Shown here: one piece after another, positions 1-9,068 of the stretch
Layout of the letters: every line of letters begins with the position of its first letter
How positions within the stretch are numbered: the first letter of the stretch is position 1
From: Nitrosopumilaceae archaeon
GTDB lineage: Archaea; Thermoproteota; Nitrososphaeria; Nitrososphaerales; Nitrosopumilaceae
Assembly: GCA_024644385.1 (NCBI GenBank)
Contig: JAHELB010000003.1
Span: forward strand, 4,223-68,222
Direction: 5' to 3'
Length of the DNA stretch: 64,000 nt
Notes under the pieces: generated by a model
Told to the model about the DNA's origin: nothing
The model's database searches: none
What the model saw: the letters and a program-made list of their open reading frames with translations, nothing else
Program-made: the position numbers and the translations under genes

Positions 1-414
1 TCTGTTGCAATACTTATTCTTCCTGTAGCCCAATCATCTCCAATTTTATACATTACCGGCTTGAGTATCTTATCAAAAAAGTCTGTAATATTAAAAATGC
101 AAATGTAATCCTCATAAATCTTAATGGAACCTTGAATATTTCCTTCGGTTAATTTTTTAAATAACTGTTGTTTGGAATTTTTTGACGCTTCTTCTCTTTT
201 TTTAATATCTTTTGGATTGTATTTTGCTAATCCAGATAATATTTTTGGATCGTTTCTATAGTCTGGTGGTAGGTCATCTTTTACAACCTCTGAGGATTTG
301 CCAAGGTATTTTACAATCTCTTGCTTGGATGTATTTTTTTTAGAGTCCCAGACACTTTTAACTAAATAGAGGTATTGATCTGACTTTACTTTTTTTGCTC
401 GAAGATACACCATA
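1..414 (-). CDS. Cobalamin (B12)-binding-domain protein, N-terminal part only (C-terminus lies off the window)
   Basis: Open frame on the minus strand from ATG (cat at 412-414) to the window edge; it is absent from the ORF track. The translation MVYLRAKKVKSDQYLYLVKS...ILKPVMYKIGDDWATGRISIATE matches the helical B12-binding_2 cap motif (IGxxWxxGxISxAxEH). Confidence 0.55.
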
Positions 415-514
415 ATTTCTCACATAAAAGAAGATATTTAACTAATGCCAACTTAAATTTATAGTGGTAAATTGTTTTAAATTGAAAATAATTTGTTCCT
501 AATTTTTCCTTATA

Positions 515-551
515 TTAGCACTAGAAATATTAATTAACACTAGTTTAAATA
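515..551 (+). promoter_or_regulatory. Tandem direct repeat (TTAGCACTA / TTAACACTA) abutting a TATA-like TTTAAATA box; a near-identical element lies at 2928-2963
   Basis: ttagcactagaaatattaattaacactagtttaaata. It sits between the divergent start at 414 (minus) and the plus-strand genes beginning at 573-653. Confidence 0.45.
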
Positions 552-652
552 ATTTAGTCCCATGTACTAGTCATGGAATACATTAATTCCCAAAAAATAC
601 CAAAATCAATGGTTTGGAGAGCAAATTTCCATCAATTAGGGGGACTATATTT

Positions 653-850
653 ATGGATAAGATGATTTTATCAGTAGGTGCAGTTCTCATCGCACTTGGG
701 ATAGGCTTTTTGGTAGTGGCCTCAATGGATTACACATTGAGCGGTGCATATACTACAGGGGGATATCTTTGGTTGGTCGTCGGTGCAATAACTGCTGGAA
801 TAGGAATCAAGGTTAATCGTTCAAGTAAAGAACTTGATGCAATGAGATAG
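653..850 (+). CDS. Small membrane protein (2 predicted TM helices)
   Basis: ORF track gives 614..850. I prefer the ATG at 653 (MDKMILSVGAVLIALGIGFLVV...). The protein is hydrophobic and the gene sits 4 nt upstream of the next gene. Confidence 0.5.
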   Translation: MDKMILSVGAVLIALGIGFLVVASMDYTLSGAYTTGGYLWLVVGAITAGIGIKVNRSSKELDAMR

Positions 851-854
851 AAAA

Positions 855-2234
855 ATGACCTACTTGCAAACTGAGAAATCTCAACTCAAACTTTCACCCT
901 ATTCAATTTTGGTTACTGGTGCTACGGGATTTATTGGATCGAGATTAATTTCCTCTCTTTGCGAGAAAGGATACAAGGTCACTGCAATGAGTAGAAAGAA
1001 AATAAAAGATTCAGAGAATGTGAGGTATGTGCAAGCTGATGTTTTTGATGTAGATCAATTGGAAAAAGCAATGAGAGGAATTGAAATTGCTTATTATTTG
1101 CTACACTCGATGGAAGGAAGTAAAAAAGAATGGAGGGAATTTTCTTCCCGTGAACGGACTCAAGCTCAAAACTTTTTAGAGGCTGCTACTAAGGCAGGTG
1201 TTAAAAGAATTATTTACCTAGGGGGCTTGGTTAACGACAGCCTCGAATTATCCCCTCATATGAAAAGCAGGAAAGAGGTTGGACAAATCCTAGCTTCTGG
1301 AAAAATTCCGGTAACAGAATTGCGTGCATCTATTATCATTGGTGCAGAAGGAGGTTCCTATGCTATGCTTCGATATTTAGTTGAGAGATTGAGAATAATG
1401 GTTTGTCCCTCTTGGGTAAAATCCTTGGCGCAACCAATCGCTGTGGATAATGTGTGTGATTATCTGATGGGTTGCTTAGAAAAACCAGAGACCACTGGAA
1501 AAATTTTTGAAATCGGAGGTCCTGAAAAGATGACGTATGAGGAATTAATGAGGCTATATTCAGCTTATTTAAACAAAAATTTGTTTGTCATACAAATCCC
1601 ATTTTTAACTACTAGACTGTCTTCCTATTGGGTTGATTTGATTACGCCCGTAAAAGCTTCTCTAGCACGCCCTTTGATTGATAGTTTGGTCCATGATACG
1701 ATTGTTACTGATGATTCGTTATCAAAAATTATTCCATTACATCTAAAATCAGTAAGAGAGTCTATTGATATTGCCACAAAAGAAATGAAACAAAATCCTC
1801 CCAAAGGCGAACTAAAAGAGGAACGAACAGGATTTAAGATTAACCAAAAACTAATTCAAACAAGTCTAATTGCACTTGCAATAATTGGTTCTACATACTA
1901 TTGGCTAGATGACCGACCAGAAGTTTGGCAACCTCTGTGGTTAATTGGTTCATTTATTTGGTATAGTGCAATTGTTGCAGCAATTATTTTTATAAATAAC
2001 AAAACACGTCTAGGATATCTAATTGCTGGTGTACTTTCATGGTTTACATTGGCTTTTTTGTTATTTGATAATTTTTACATAATTTTTGAGACTTCATTTT
2101 TAGCCACCCAACCAAATGAATTAATGACTATTAGAAACTTTGTTGGCATATTTGTTGCGGTATTAGCGGTCTTTGCATCTCACAATTTATTTCATAAAGT
2201 AATTGATTATCAATACAGAGGAAAGCCCATCTAA
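855..2234 (+). CDS. NAD(P)-binding SDR/NmrA-like oxidoreductase with a C-terminal multi-TM extension
   Basis: Rossmann motif VTGATGFIGSRL near the N-terminus. The last ~130 aa are hydrophobic helices. Confidence 0.75.
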   Translation: MTYLQTEKSQLKLSPYSILVTGATGFIGSRLISSLCEKGYKVTAMSRKKIKDSENVRYVQADVFDVDQLEKAMRGIEIAYYLLHSMEGSKKEWREFSSRERTQAQNFLEAATKAGVKRIIYLGGLVNDSLELSPHMKSRKEVGQILASGKIPVTELRASIIIGAEGGSYAMLRYLVERLRIMVCPSWVKSLAQPIAVDNVCDYLMGCLEKPETTGKIFEIGGPEKMTYEELMRLYSAYLNKNLFVIQIPFLTTRLSSYWVDLITPVKASLARPLIDSLVHDTIVTDDSLSKIIPLHLKSVRESIDIATKEMKQNPPKGELKEERTGFKINQKLIQTSLIALAIIGSTYYWLDDRPEVWQPLWLIGSFIWYSAIVAAIIFINNKTRLGYLIAGVLSWFTLAFLLFDNFYIIFETSFLATQPNELMTIRNFVGIFVAVLAVFASHNLFHKVIDYQYRGKPI

Positions 2235-2301
2235 TACTTTTTGAGAATATCCAAAAAAATTTCGTATTTGAGTTTTAATATTGGGTTGCTCAAATACTTG
2301 T

Positions 2302-2841
2302 TTATTGTTTGTTATTTTCTAAAATTAGAAAAAATTCTGGTGGTATATTTGAATAGAGTAAAAAATATGTTTGAGAAGCTAGATATGTATTATTAAATCT
2401 GAAAATAATTGGATGTATTTCTGAGAGGATTTCTCCTAAGGTAATCTTTTCATCTTTATATGTTTCCAAAAGATGAAGGAATTTTCTTTGTTCCTGTAAG
2501 CTGAAATTTTTGGAAAAATAACCAAAAATATGAAGAATGACGTTGGAGTGTTTTTTTATGGTCGGCGGATTTTCTAGAGCCTTTTCTAAATGATATTCAT
2601 AATATTCTAAAATTTCTAAAAAGGGTATCTTTTTGTATTTTGCTACAATATTTCCTAATTTCTTAAGTTCTTCTTGATCATGGGACATTAGCATATACTT
2701 ATTCATCGCCTGAAAATTAACCAGGTTTTTGATCTTTTTAGTCAGTTTTACATCATTGAATCTCTCCAGGACAAATTCTTTAACATCTGACTCAGAAATT
2801 TGAGTGTTTTTTATGCCTAGATTTTCAACTTTTTCACTCAT
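2302..2841 (-). CDS. DUF1722 (YbgA-like) protein
   Basis: NKYMLMSHDQEELKKLGNIV, HSNVILHIFGYFSKNFSLQEQRKF and QTYF follow the YbgA/DUF1722 consensus. Confidence 0.7.
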   Translation of the reverse strand: MSEKVENLGIKNTQISESDVKEFVLERFNDVKLTKKIKNLVNFQAMNKYMLMSHDQEELKKLGNIVAKYKKIPFLEILEYYEYHLEKALENPPTIKKHSNVILHIFGYFSKNFSLQEQRKFLHLLETYKDEKITLGEILSEIHPIIFRFNNTYLASQTYFLLYSNIPPEFFLILENNKQ

Positions 2842-2927
2842 TTAGAAAATCCAATTTGATTACATAAAAAGTCAAATAGAAAAAATTGGGATTACCACTA
2901 GAGTTTTTTGAAAGGGAATTAAAAAAT

Positions 2928-2963
2928 TTAGCACTAGATAATATTTTAGCACTATCTTAAATA
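2928..2963 (+). promoter_or_regulatory. Second copy of the tandem TTAGCACTA direct repeat plus a TATA-like box, ~22 nt upstream of the ATG at 2986
   Basis: ttagcactagataatattttagcactatcttaaata. It has the same architecture and spacing (18-19 nt) as 515-551. Confidence 0.45.
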
Positions 2964-2985
2964 TAATAATGAAATAAAATATTCA

Positions 2986-3891
2986 ATGAAAATAACAATC
3001 ACGACTATAGCAGTAATTTTGATAGTTGGTTCAATCACTTCATTTGCAAGCGCACAGGAAGTTCCCGCTTGGGTAAAAAACAATGCAGGATGGTGGGCTG
3101 AAGGAACAATTTCAGAATCAGATTTTGTACAAGGAATTCAATTCTTAATCAAGGAGGGAATTATTGTAGTACCACCAACAGCAGTATCTTCTGATAAATC
3201 TCAAGGAGTACCTGAATGGGTCAAAAATAATGCAGGATGGTGGGCTGAAGGAACAATAACTGATGCTGATTTTATTAATGGGATTCAGCATCTTATTAAA
3301 ACAGGAGTAATTTCTGTTTCTTCATCTGAAAAACCAGAAATGGAACAGCCAAAGTCAGTTTCTGAGGATTCAAAATTGACATCCTTAGAAAAAGAACTTG
3401 AAGCATGTTCTGAAATTACAAAAGCCTATCCAAGATTAAATTGTGAAAAAGCTGTAAAGCATGAAATTGAAGCGTACAAGATAATGAAAAGTGGCCAAGC
3501 TTTTCAAGTGGGACCATTAACATATTATTGGACTGGTCTTGGGACTGAAGGAAATTCATTTGAAATTACTTCAAGTGGACAAGCAATTCTATCTGTTAGG
3601 CTTTTAGCTGTACATAACGGTGGCTCTGATAATATCGCAATGATGTGCACTGGGCCTGCAATATGCAACTATGATGTATGGAATGGAGACAAAGCTTTCA
3701 AATATGCAGGAATGGATTTTACCAATGGACAAATTATTGTCAAACCTGGAACTTCAGCAATATTCAACATGTTGTTTGGTCCAAACATTGGTTACGGTGG
3801 GACAACATTTGAGTACGATGCATCAAAGGAGTATTACTTTAGAATCTCCGAGCCATATGGAAGTGCATCTATTCCCTTGAACATTCCATAG
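2986..3891 (+). CDS. Secreted protein with two N-terminal VPxWVKNNAGWWAEGTI...GIQxLIKxGII modules
   Basis: Signal peptide MKITITTIAVILIVGSITSFASA, followed by a duplicated 35-aa module and a C-terminal domain of unknown function. Confidence 0.7.
   Translation: MKITITTIAVILIVGSITSFASAQEVPAWVKNNAGWWAEGTISESDFVQGIQFLIKEGIIVVPPTAVSSDKSQGVPEWVKNNAGWWAEGTITDADFINGIQHLIKTGVISVSSSEKPEMEQPKSVSEDSKLTSLEKELEACSEITKAYPRLNCEKAVKHEIEAYKIMKSGQAFQVGPLTYYWTGLGTEGNSFEITSSGQAILSVRLLAVHNGGSDNIAMMCTGPAICNYDVWNGDKAFKYAGMDFTNGQIIVKPGTSAIFNMLFGPNIGYGGTTFEYDASKEYYFRISEPYGSASIPLNIP
3061..3312 (+). repeat. Intragenic duplication (3061-3165 and 3208-3312) encoding the WWAEG module
   Basis: The two 105-nt segments are highly similar at both DNA and protein level. 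Confidence 0.8.
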
Positions 3892-4123
3892 ATCCCCTTT
3901 TTTCTTTATTTGAATTTGGTAATTTTTCGTACTTTTTAATCCATTTTGTAGACTGATTCCAAAAAAGTCCCTATTTCTGCATGTTTTCATGCCTAAAAAA
4001 TTGTACTTTTTCATTAAAATTTGTAAAATGAGGCTAATTTGAGTTTAATTTTTTTCAGAGTTTACATATTTTTGTTCAAAATGAACCTACAGAAACTTAT
4101 CCAAATATGAGTTAATATCAAAT

Positions 4124-4846
4124 ATGAATATCTTACATGTTGATGATTCTCCCGAAATATGTGAACTGTATTCAGATATGTTTTCAGCAGATAATCACAC
4201 CGTTAGAAGCATTACGGATGGAAAGGAAGGGTTAGAATTAGTAATTCAAAATAATTTTGATTTAATTCTTCTTGATTTGTGTATGCCTAAATTTAGTGGA
4301 TTTGATTTTCTTCGTGAATTAAAAACTCGAAAACCCTCAGAGTTGAAAAAAGTGGTAGTAGTAAGCGTACTTGACTTTAATGAATCTCAAACCCAAGAAT
4401 TGTTAAATTTTGGAATCCACTCAGTTGAGGAAAAACCTTCAAGCATAAAAAAACTTGAGATTATTCAAAAAAATATGACACTCAATTCCAAGAAAGTACT
4501 TTTGATTGATGACAATATAGAAATCACTGGTCTTCTTTCAAAATTTCTTAAAGCCAAAGGGTATGACAATGAAATTACAAATAATCCTCTGGATGGACTA
4601 GAAAAAATTAAAAATAAAATGTACGATTATGTTTTTCTAGATATCCACATGCCTGAATTAAGCGGATTTGATATTATTCAAAATTTAGAATCTGAAAATA
4701 TTCTCAAAGATCAAAAAATAATAATATTTTCTGCCCATGATTTTAAGGCAGGGGAGATTACAGAATTATTAAAAAAAGAAGGCATAGAAGGGTATCTGAA
4801 AAAACCTATTCAACTTAATGCTCTTCTCGCAACTATAACAAAGTAA
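4124..4846 (+). CDS. Response regulator made of two tandem receiver (REC) domains, with no output domain
   Basis: REC1 shows LHVDDSPE...DLILLDLCMPKFSG. REC2 shows LLIDDNIE...DYVFLDIHMPELSG...GYLKKP. Acidic pocket, phospho-Asp and Lys are present in both. Confidence 0.85.
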   Translation: MNILHVDDSPEICELYSDMFSADNHTVRSITDGKEGLELVIQNNFDLILLDLCMPKFSGFDFLRELKTRKPSELKKVVVVSVLDFNESQTQELLNFGIHSVEEKPSSIKKLEIIQKNMTLNSKKVLLIDDNIEITGLLSKFLKAKGYDNEITNNPLDGLEKIKNKMYDYVFLDIHMPELSGFDIIQNLESENILKDQKIIIFSAHDFKAGEITELLKKEGIEGYLKKPIQLNALLATITK

Positions 4847-4854
4847 GAAATTTT

Positions 4855-4968
4855 TTATTTACCAAATAATTGAAATTTCCTTTTACATTTACCACAAAAT
4901 CTTTGCTTTGTTTTCTTGCTTTCAGTTCCTAAATCAGAACCACATCTATCGCATTTTTGTTTAATCAT
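4855..4968 (-). CDS. 37-aa zinc-ribbon protein (CxxC...CxxC)
   Basis: Below the ORF-track cutoff. Translation is MIKQKCDRCGSDLGTESKKTKQRFCGKCKRKFQLFGK. It lies downstream of tfb on the same strand. Confidence 0.4.
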   Translation of the reverse strand: MIKQKCDRCGSDLGTESKKTKQRFCGKCKRKFQLFGK

Positions 4969-5089
4969 TATATGTTTTCATATTTCTAGTAGAAGTTTCT
5001 TATATTTCCCAAAAATAATTTCCAATCCATTTAGTTAAATTGTTTTCCCAATTTATTTAATTTAAACGTATTTTTACATTTAACAAACA

Positions 5090-6013
5090 TCAAATTTCCA
5101 ACCTTAATGTCTGCTCTTCCTTTAATCCCTTGTATCGATTTCTTATTGTAACCTCCGTGACACCTGCAGCCTCGGCAAGATCTCGTTGAGTAATAGGAAA
5201 TCCTTTTTGAATGCAGGCCATGTATAATGCTGTTGCCGCAAGCCCCATTGGAGCCTTTCCTGCAGATTCTCTACTTGCTTGTGTATCTTCAAGTATTTTA
5301 GTCGCATAACGTTTTATTTTTTCGGGTATCTCAAGTTTGCTTGAAATTCTTGCAATACATTGAATTGAATCTACAACGGGCATCTTTAGTTCCAATTCAC
5401 GATACAATAGTCTGTAAGATCTTGCAATATCCTTTCGCTTTACATTTGCAGAAACGGCAACATCATTTAGTGTTCTGGGAGTTTCTGTATCTCTGCAAGC
5501 CGCATAAAGCGAGGCTGCAATCATTGCAGAAATGGATCTGCCGCGAATTAATTTTTTCTCCAAAGCCTTTCTGTAAATATAGGCAGCCTTCTCAAGAACA
5601 CTCGAAGAAATTGTTAGTTTGTCTTTTAATGTTCCCAACTCACCAAGTGCCTGTCTAAGATTCCTGTCTGCTGATTGAGCTTGACTTCTACTATCCCAAG
5701 TTCTTAGTCTCTCAATAGTAGTTTTCATCGATGAAGAAAGAGGTTTTCCCGTTGAATCCCTGTTGGCCGGTCCAATTATTGTGTATAATCCCTTGTCGTG
5801 TCTTGTAAGAGATGTTGGTGTTCCAGTTCTTGCAGGGTCTGGACCGCCATCCTTCTGAAAAGATCTCCATTCTGGACCTGCTTCTTGTGATTTTTCAGAG
5901 ACTACATTACCACATTTGGAACAAAATCGCTCTCCTGTATCTCCATCGGTTAGCATTGAATGTTTTCCACAACGTGAACATTTTGATTCACTCTGGAAAT
6001 TATCTATAACCAT
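5090..6013 (-). CDS. tfb: Transcription initiation factor IIB (TFB)
   Basis: N-terminal zinc ribbon CSRCG...CSKCG, then two cyclin-fold repeats typical of TFB. Confidence 0.95.
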   Translation of the reverse strand: MVIDNFQSESKCSRCGKHSMLTDGDTGERFCSKCGNVVSEKSQEAGPEWRSFQKDGGPDPARTGTPTSLTRHDKGLYTIIGPANRDSTGKPLSSSMKTTIERLRTWDSRSQAQSADRNLRQALGELGTLKDKLTISSSVLEKAAYIYRKALEKKLIRGRSISAMIAASLYAACRDTETPRTLNDVAVSANVKRKDIARSYRLLYRELELKMPVVDSIQCIARISSKLEIPEKIKRYATKILEDTQASRESAGKAPMGLAATALYMACIQKGFPITQRDLAEAAGVTEVTIRNRYKGLKEEQTLRLEI

Positions 6014-6043
6014 AAACCTGTGTCCTTTTCGGTCACTAGCTTG

Positions 6044-6322
6044 TCATCCAGTCCTTGTTACTGGAATTTCAATAGTGGAAACATTTCTTTTTTTTCCATC
6101 TGAAGAATCCAATAATTCAGAGTTAATTTTGATTTTTCCAATTTCAAATACATTGGTTTTTTGTAATAATATTTGTGCTACATCTACAGCAGGTCCTATA
6201 CTTTGTCCCCTAGCTTTTATTGTTATTGAAGGTAATGCAGATAATTGGACTATTGCTGAGGTTACATAAGTCATTAGGGGTTTTTTCCCAATGAAAATTG
6301 TATCTTTTAGATTGTCTAACAT
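6044..6322 (-). CDS. albA: Alba DNA/RNA-binding protein
   Basis: IFIGKKPLMTYVTSAIVQL...ITIKARGQSIGPAVDVAQIL is the Alba signature. The gene sits directly upstream of tfb. Confidence 0.9.
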   Translation of the reverse strand: MLDNLKDTIFIGKKPLMTYVTSAIVQLSALPSITIKARGQSIGPAVDVAQILLQKTNVFEIGKIKINSELLDSSDGKKRNVSTIEIPVTRTG

Positions 6323-6496
6323 AATTGGTTAGTTTTGATGTCTAATTTAAACTGCGTATGTATGTTTAGTCATAAATAATAAAAATTGTTTTAGATCTAA
6401 ATTAAACTCAACTAAAAAAGTATTAACAAATGTTTTTTATTTAATGTGAAAAGAATTTTTCAGGACACCTCTAATAATCAATTTTTTTTAAAAATC

Positions 6497-6925
6497 TCAG
6501 GTAGTTACAAGAACTGGAATAGTAGCATTTTGAACAAGTGTATTTGAAACACTACCCAATGAGGTTCCGTTCCTGTTTGAAATGCCTCTTCTACCCATAA
6601 TTACCACATCAAAATTACTTGAATTTATAAAATTTAGTAATTCTTTAGTAGTATTTCCATAAAGGATTTTTTCGTTAAGAATAATTTTTCTTTTTGCAGC
6701 CTCGTGTTCTATTGGACTTAGAAATTCTAATTCATGACGAAGGATTGAATCCTCGTGGGGGCGAATAATTTTAGCTACAGTTTCATCATAAGATATTACA
6801 TGTACCAAAGTTAATTGAGCGCCAGTTAATTCTGCCATGTTAAGTGCTTTGTTTAAGGCTCTCTGGGAGTGATCAGAGTCATCATATGGAACGAGAATAT
6901 TTCCAAATATTTTTGCCATAAACAA
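6497..6925 (-). CDS. Universal stress protein (UspA family)
   Basis: ILVPYDDSDHSQRAL...VVIMGRRG...LGSVS motifs. Confidence 0.85.
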   Translation of the reverse strand: MFMAKIFGNILVPYDDSDHSQRALNKALNMAELTGAQLTLVHVISYDETVAKIIRPHEDSILRHELEFLSPIEHEAAKRKIILNEKILYGNTTKELLNFINSSNFDVVIMGRRGISNRNGTSLGSVSNTLVQNATIPVLVTT

Positions 6926-7080
6926 AAAATGGATTAATTAGTTATTAGAGAAGTGGACAAATATCAAAAGTGAGAAATAACTATGATGGAAATTTGATAA
7001 AATTAATTTTAAATCGATCAATGCAATGCAATCTATTAACTTATATTCTCTAGCATAGAGGTTTATTTGGGCTCCAATAA

Positions 7081-8052
7081 ATGGGAAAAAATCTTTCAAA
7101 TTATGTTAATTCTAAAAATTCATTAAAATTTTTAACAATTTTTACTGTCATATTTACAATTAGTACCATATTTGATCAGGCAGCATTTGCCCAAGAAAGT
7201 ACAGAAAATGTTTGGTTGGGTCCAACAACCAATGCCTTAACTACATTCTTTAATCAGGTTGCTGAGTCCTTACCAAAAATTATTGCTGCAATTATATTAT
7301 TAGTAATCGGTTGGATTGTAGCAACAATTATTGCTAAAGTTATTCAAAAAGTTTCCGCCCTTACCCTCAAAACAATGAACAAAGACGAAGATGAAAATGA
7401 TGAGGCGGCTTTATCAAAGATCACATCCTCAAAAGGTTCTGCTAAATTAATTAGCACTGTTGTCAAGTGGTTTGTTTTCCTATTCTTCGTAATGGCTGCC
7501 GTAAACGCCTTAGAATTTGAGCAACTTACCGAAGCTATGACTAACTTGTGGTTATGGATTCCAAATCTTTTAGCATTTGTTCTCATTATAATAATTGGAA
7601 TGATGCTTGCCAAATTTGTTGGGAAGTGGGTTGAACATGAAATCCGAGAACATGAGTATGGGAATCCTAAATATTTTGTTTTAGCAGTCCAAGTAATTAT
7701 TTATGCCATTATTTTTGCAATTGCTCTTACACAACTTGGAGTAGGTCAGCAAGTCATTTCCATCCTCGTTTCAGCTTATGCATGGAGTATTGCAGGTGGG
7801 ATAGGTGCCGCAATAGCAATAGGATTAGGATTTGCTCTAAAAGAGATAATTCCTGGAATGATAAACTCTCAGTCAAAGAAACGTTTCGTTCTAAAAATAG
7901 GTCAAAAAGTCCAAATAGGTGAAGAAAGGGGAACTGTTACTGCAGTTGAACTTTTACACATTATACTTTCAAACGAGAATAATGAGAGTGTTGTAATCCC
8001 TACCAAAGATTTGGCAACCAAAACTATCCGAATCCTTGGAAAAACGGGTTAG
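7081..8052 (+). CDS. Membrane protein with repeated TM helices and an MscS-like C-terminal beta domain (putative mechanosensitive channel)
   Basis: Signal/TM segments are followed by IGQKVQIGEERGTVTAVELLHIIL..VVIPTKDL, which resembles the MscS beta-domain. Confidence 0.55.
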   Translation: MGKNLSNYVNSKNSLKFLTIFTVIFTISTIFDQAAFAQESTENVWLGPTTNALTTFFNQVAESLPKIIAAIILLVIGWIVATIIAKVIQKVSALTLKTMNKDEDENDEAALSKITSSKGSAKLISTVVKWFVFLFFVMAAVNALEFEQLTEAMTNLWLWIPNLLAFVLIIIIGMMLAKFVGKWVEHEIREHEYGNPKYFVLAVQVIIYAIIFAIALTQLGVGQQVISILVSAYAWSIAGGIGAAIAIGLGFALKEIIPGMINSQSKKRFVLKIGQKVQIGEERGTVTAVELLHIILSNENNESVVIPTKDLATKTIRILGKTG

Positions 8053-8138
8053 TGAATATTAATTTGTTGATAAATAAATTAACAAAGAAAAAAAATTAAA
8101 CTTTCTGAAAAATTCGTGAAAATAATTTAATGAGATTT

Positions 8139-8453
8139 TTAGATTGCAGATTCGCCTTTTTCTTTTGTACAAATATCTAAGGCGTTTTCAACATTAGTTA
8201 CAAAGACTTTGCCATCCCCTTTAGTACCAGTACATGCGACATTTCCAATTGCATCTAAAATCAAATTTACTTTTGAATCAGGCACAACTGTAACTATGGC
8301 TTCTTTAGAATAATATTGTCCAACAAGTGGAGCTTCTGCTGCACCTTGTCCTTGGGTATGCCATATGGTTACCCCTCCAACACCAACTTTTTTGATGGCA
8401 CTTACTACGCTGTCCCTCATATTAGGAGAAACGATAGCCTCTATTCTTTTCAT
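8139..8453 (-). CDS. P-II family nitrogen-regulatory-like protein
   Basis: MKRIEAIVSP...GVGGVTIWHTQGQG... has the P-II fold pattern. No adjacent amt gene. Confidence 0.75.
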   Translation of the reverse strand: MKRIEAIVSPNMRDSVVSAIKKVGVGGVTIWHTQGQGAAEAPLVGQYYSKEAIVTVVPDSKVNLILDAIGNVACTGTKGDGKVFVTNVENALDICTKEKGESAI

Positions 8454-8569
8454 AGTTATTCTTACTTATTTGCTCCCTTTAAAAGAGGTAATAAATTATC
8501 CGATCTGATTTTCAATGGGAAGATTATTCCTCTTATGATTTTTTTGGATTTCAGATTCTAAGACTATTT

Positions 8570-8944
8570 TTAGGAAGAAAATGTAGGATCTTTGTAAATA
8601 ACTTCATTTAGCAGGGCATCAAGAATCTGCTTTTGACCACCTGCATTATCAATTGTTACCAACAAAATTCTATTGTTAGACAATGGCATTGTTACTCGAC
8701 GTAATTTTTCATAAACTGCTAGGGTGTATAACCCTCGTCCAATCTCATCAAAATGTTTCATCCTGGATTTCCAAGCAGAAGCTGCATGGCGTAATGTGTC
8801 TTTAGTCGATTCAGGCGACAAGAAAAGATTAGCTCCTTCCCGAGATTTTGAAGCAATCATGTTACCATCCAAATCACTTATTGCCACAAAACGGATGTTT
8901 TGATCTATTGCCAATATTCGATCCAGTTGTTCAGTATCAGACAT
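8570..8944 (-). CDS. Roadblock/LC7-like small protein, paralog 1 of 3
   Basis: IRFVAISDLDGNMIAS resembles the Roadblock/MglB N-terminal strand. The protein is homologous to 9269..9631 and 13617..13979. Confidence 0.55.
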   Translation of the reverse strand: MSDTEQLDRILAIDQNIRFVAISDLDGNMIASKSREGANLFLSPESTKDTLRHAASAWKSRMKHFDEIGRGLYTLAVYEKLRRVTMPLSNNRILLVTIDNAGGQKQILDALLNEVIYKDPTFSS

Positions 8945-9068
8945 GCTCTATTTTTATACATGATGCTAAAATTTAAAGTTGATTCTTTTGGAATAATTGG
9001 AATTATCTATGAAGATGTTGATTTTAACATTAGAAAACTGTTTTATGTACAAAGAATTTTGAGAAATT

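Noticed and set aside
5341-6269. Plus-strand track ORFs (5341-5658, 5812-6009, 5916-6269) opposite tfb and alba
   Set aside because: These are antisense shadow ORFs inside strongly supported genes. They are low-complexity, have no motifs, and overlap each other.
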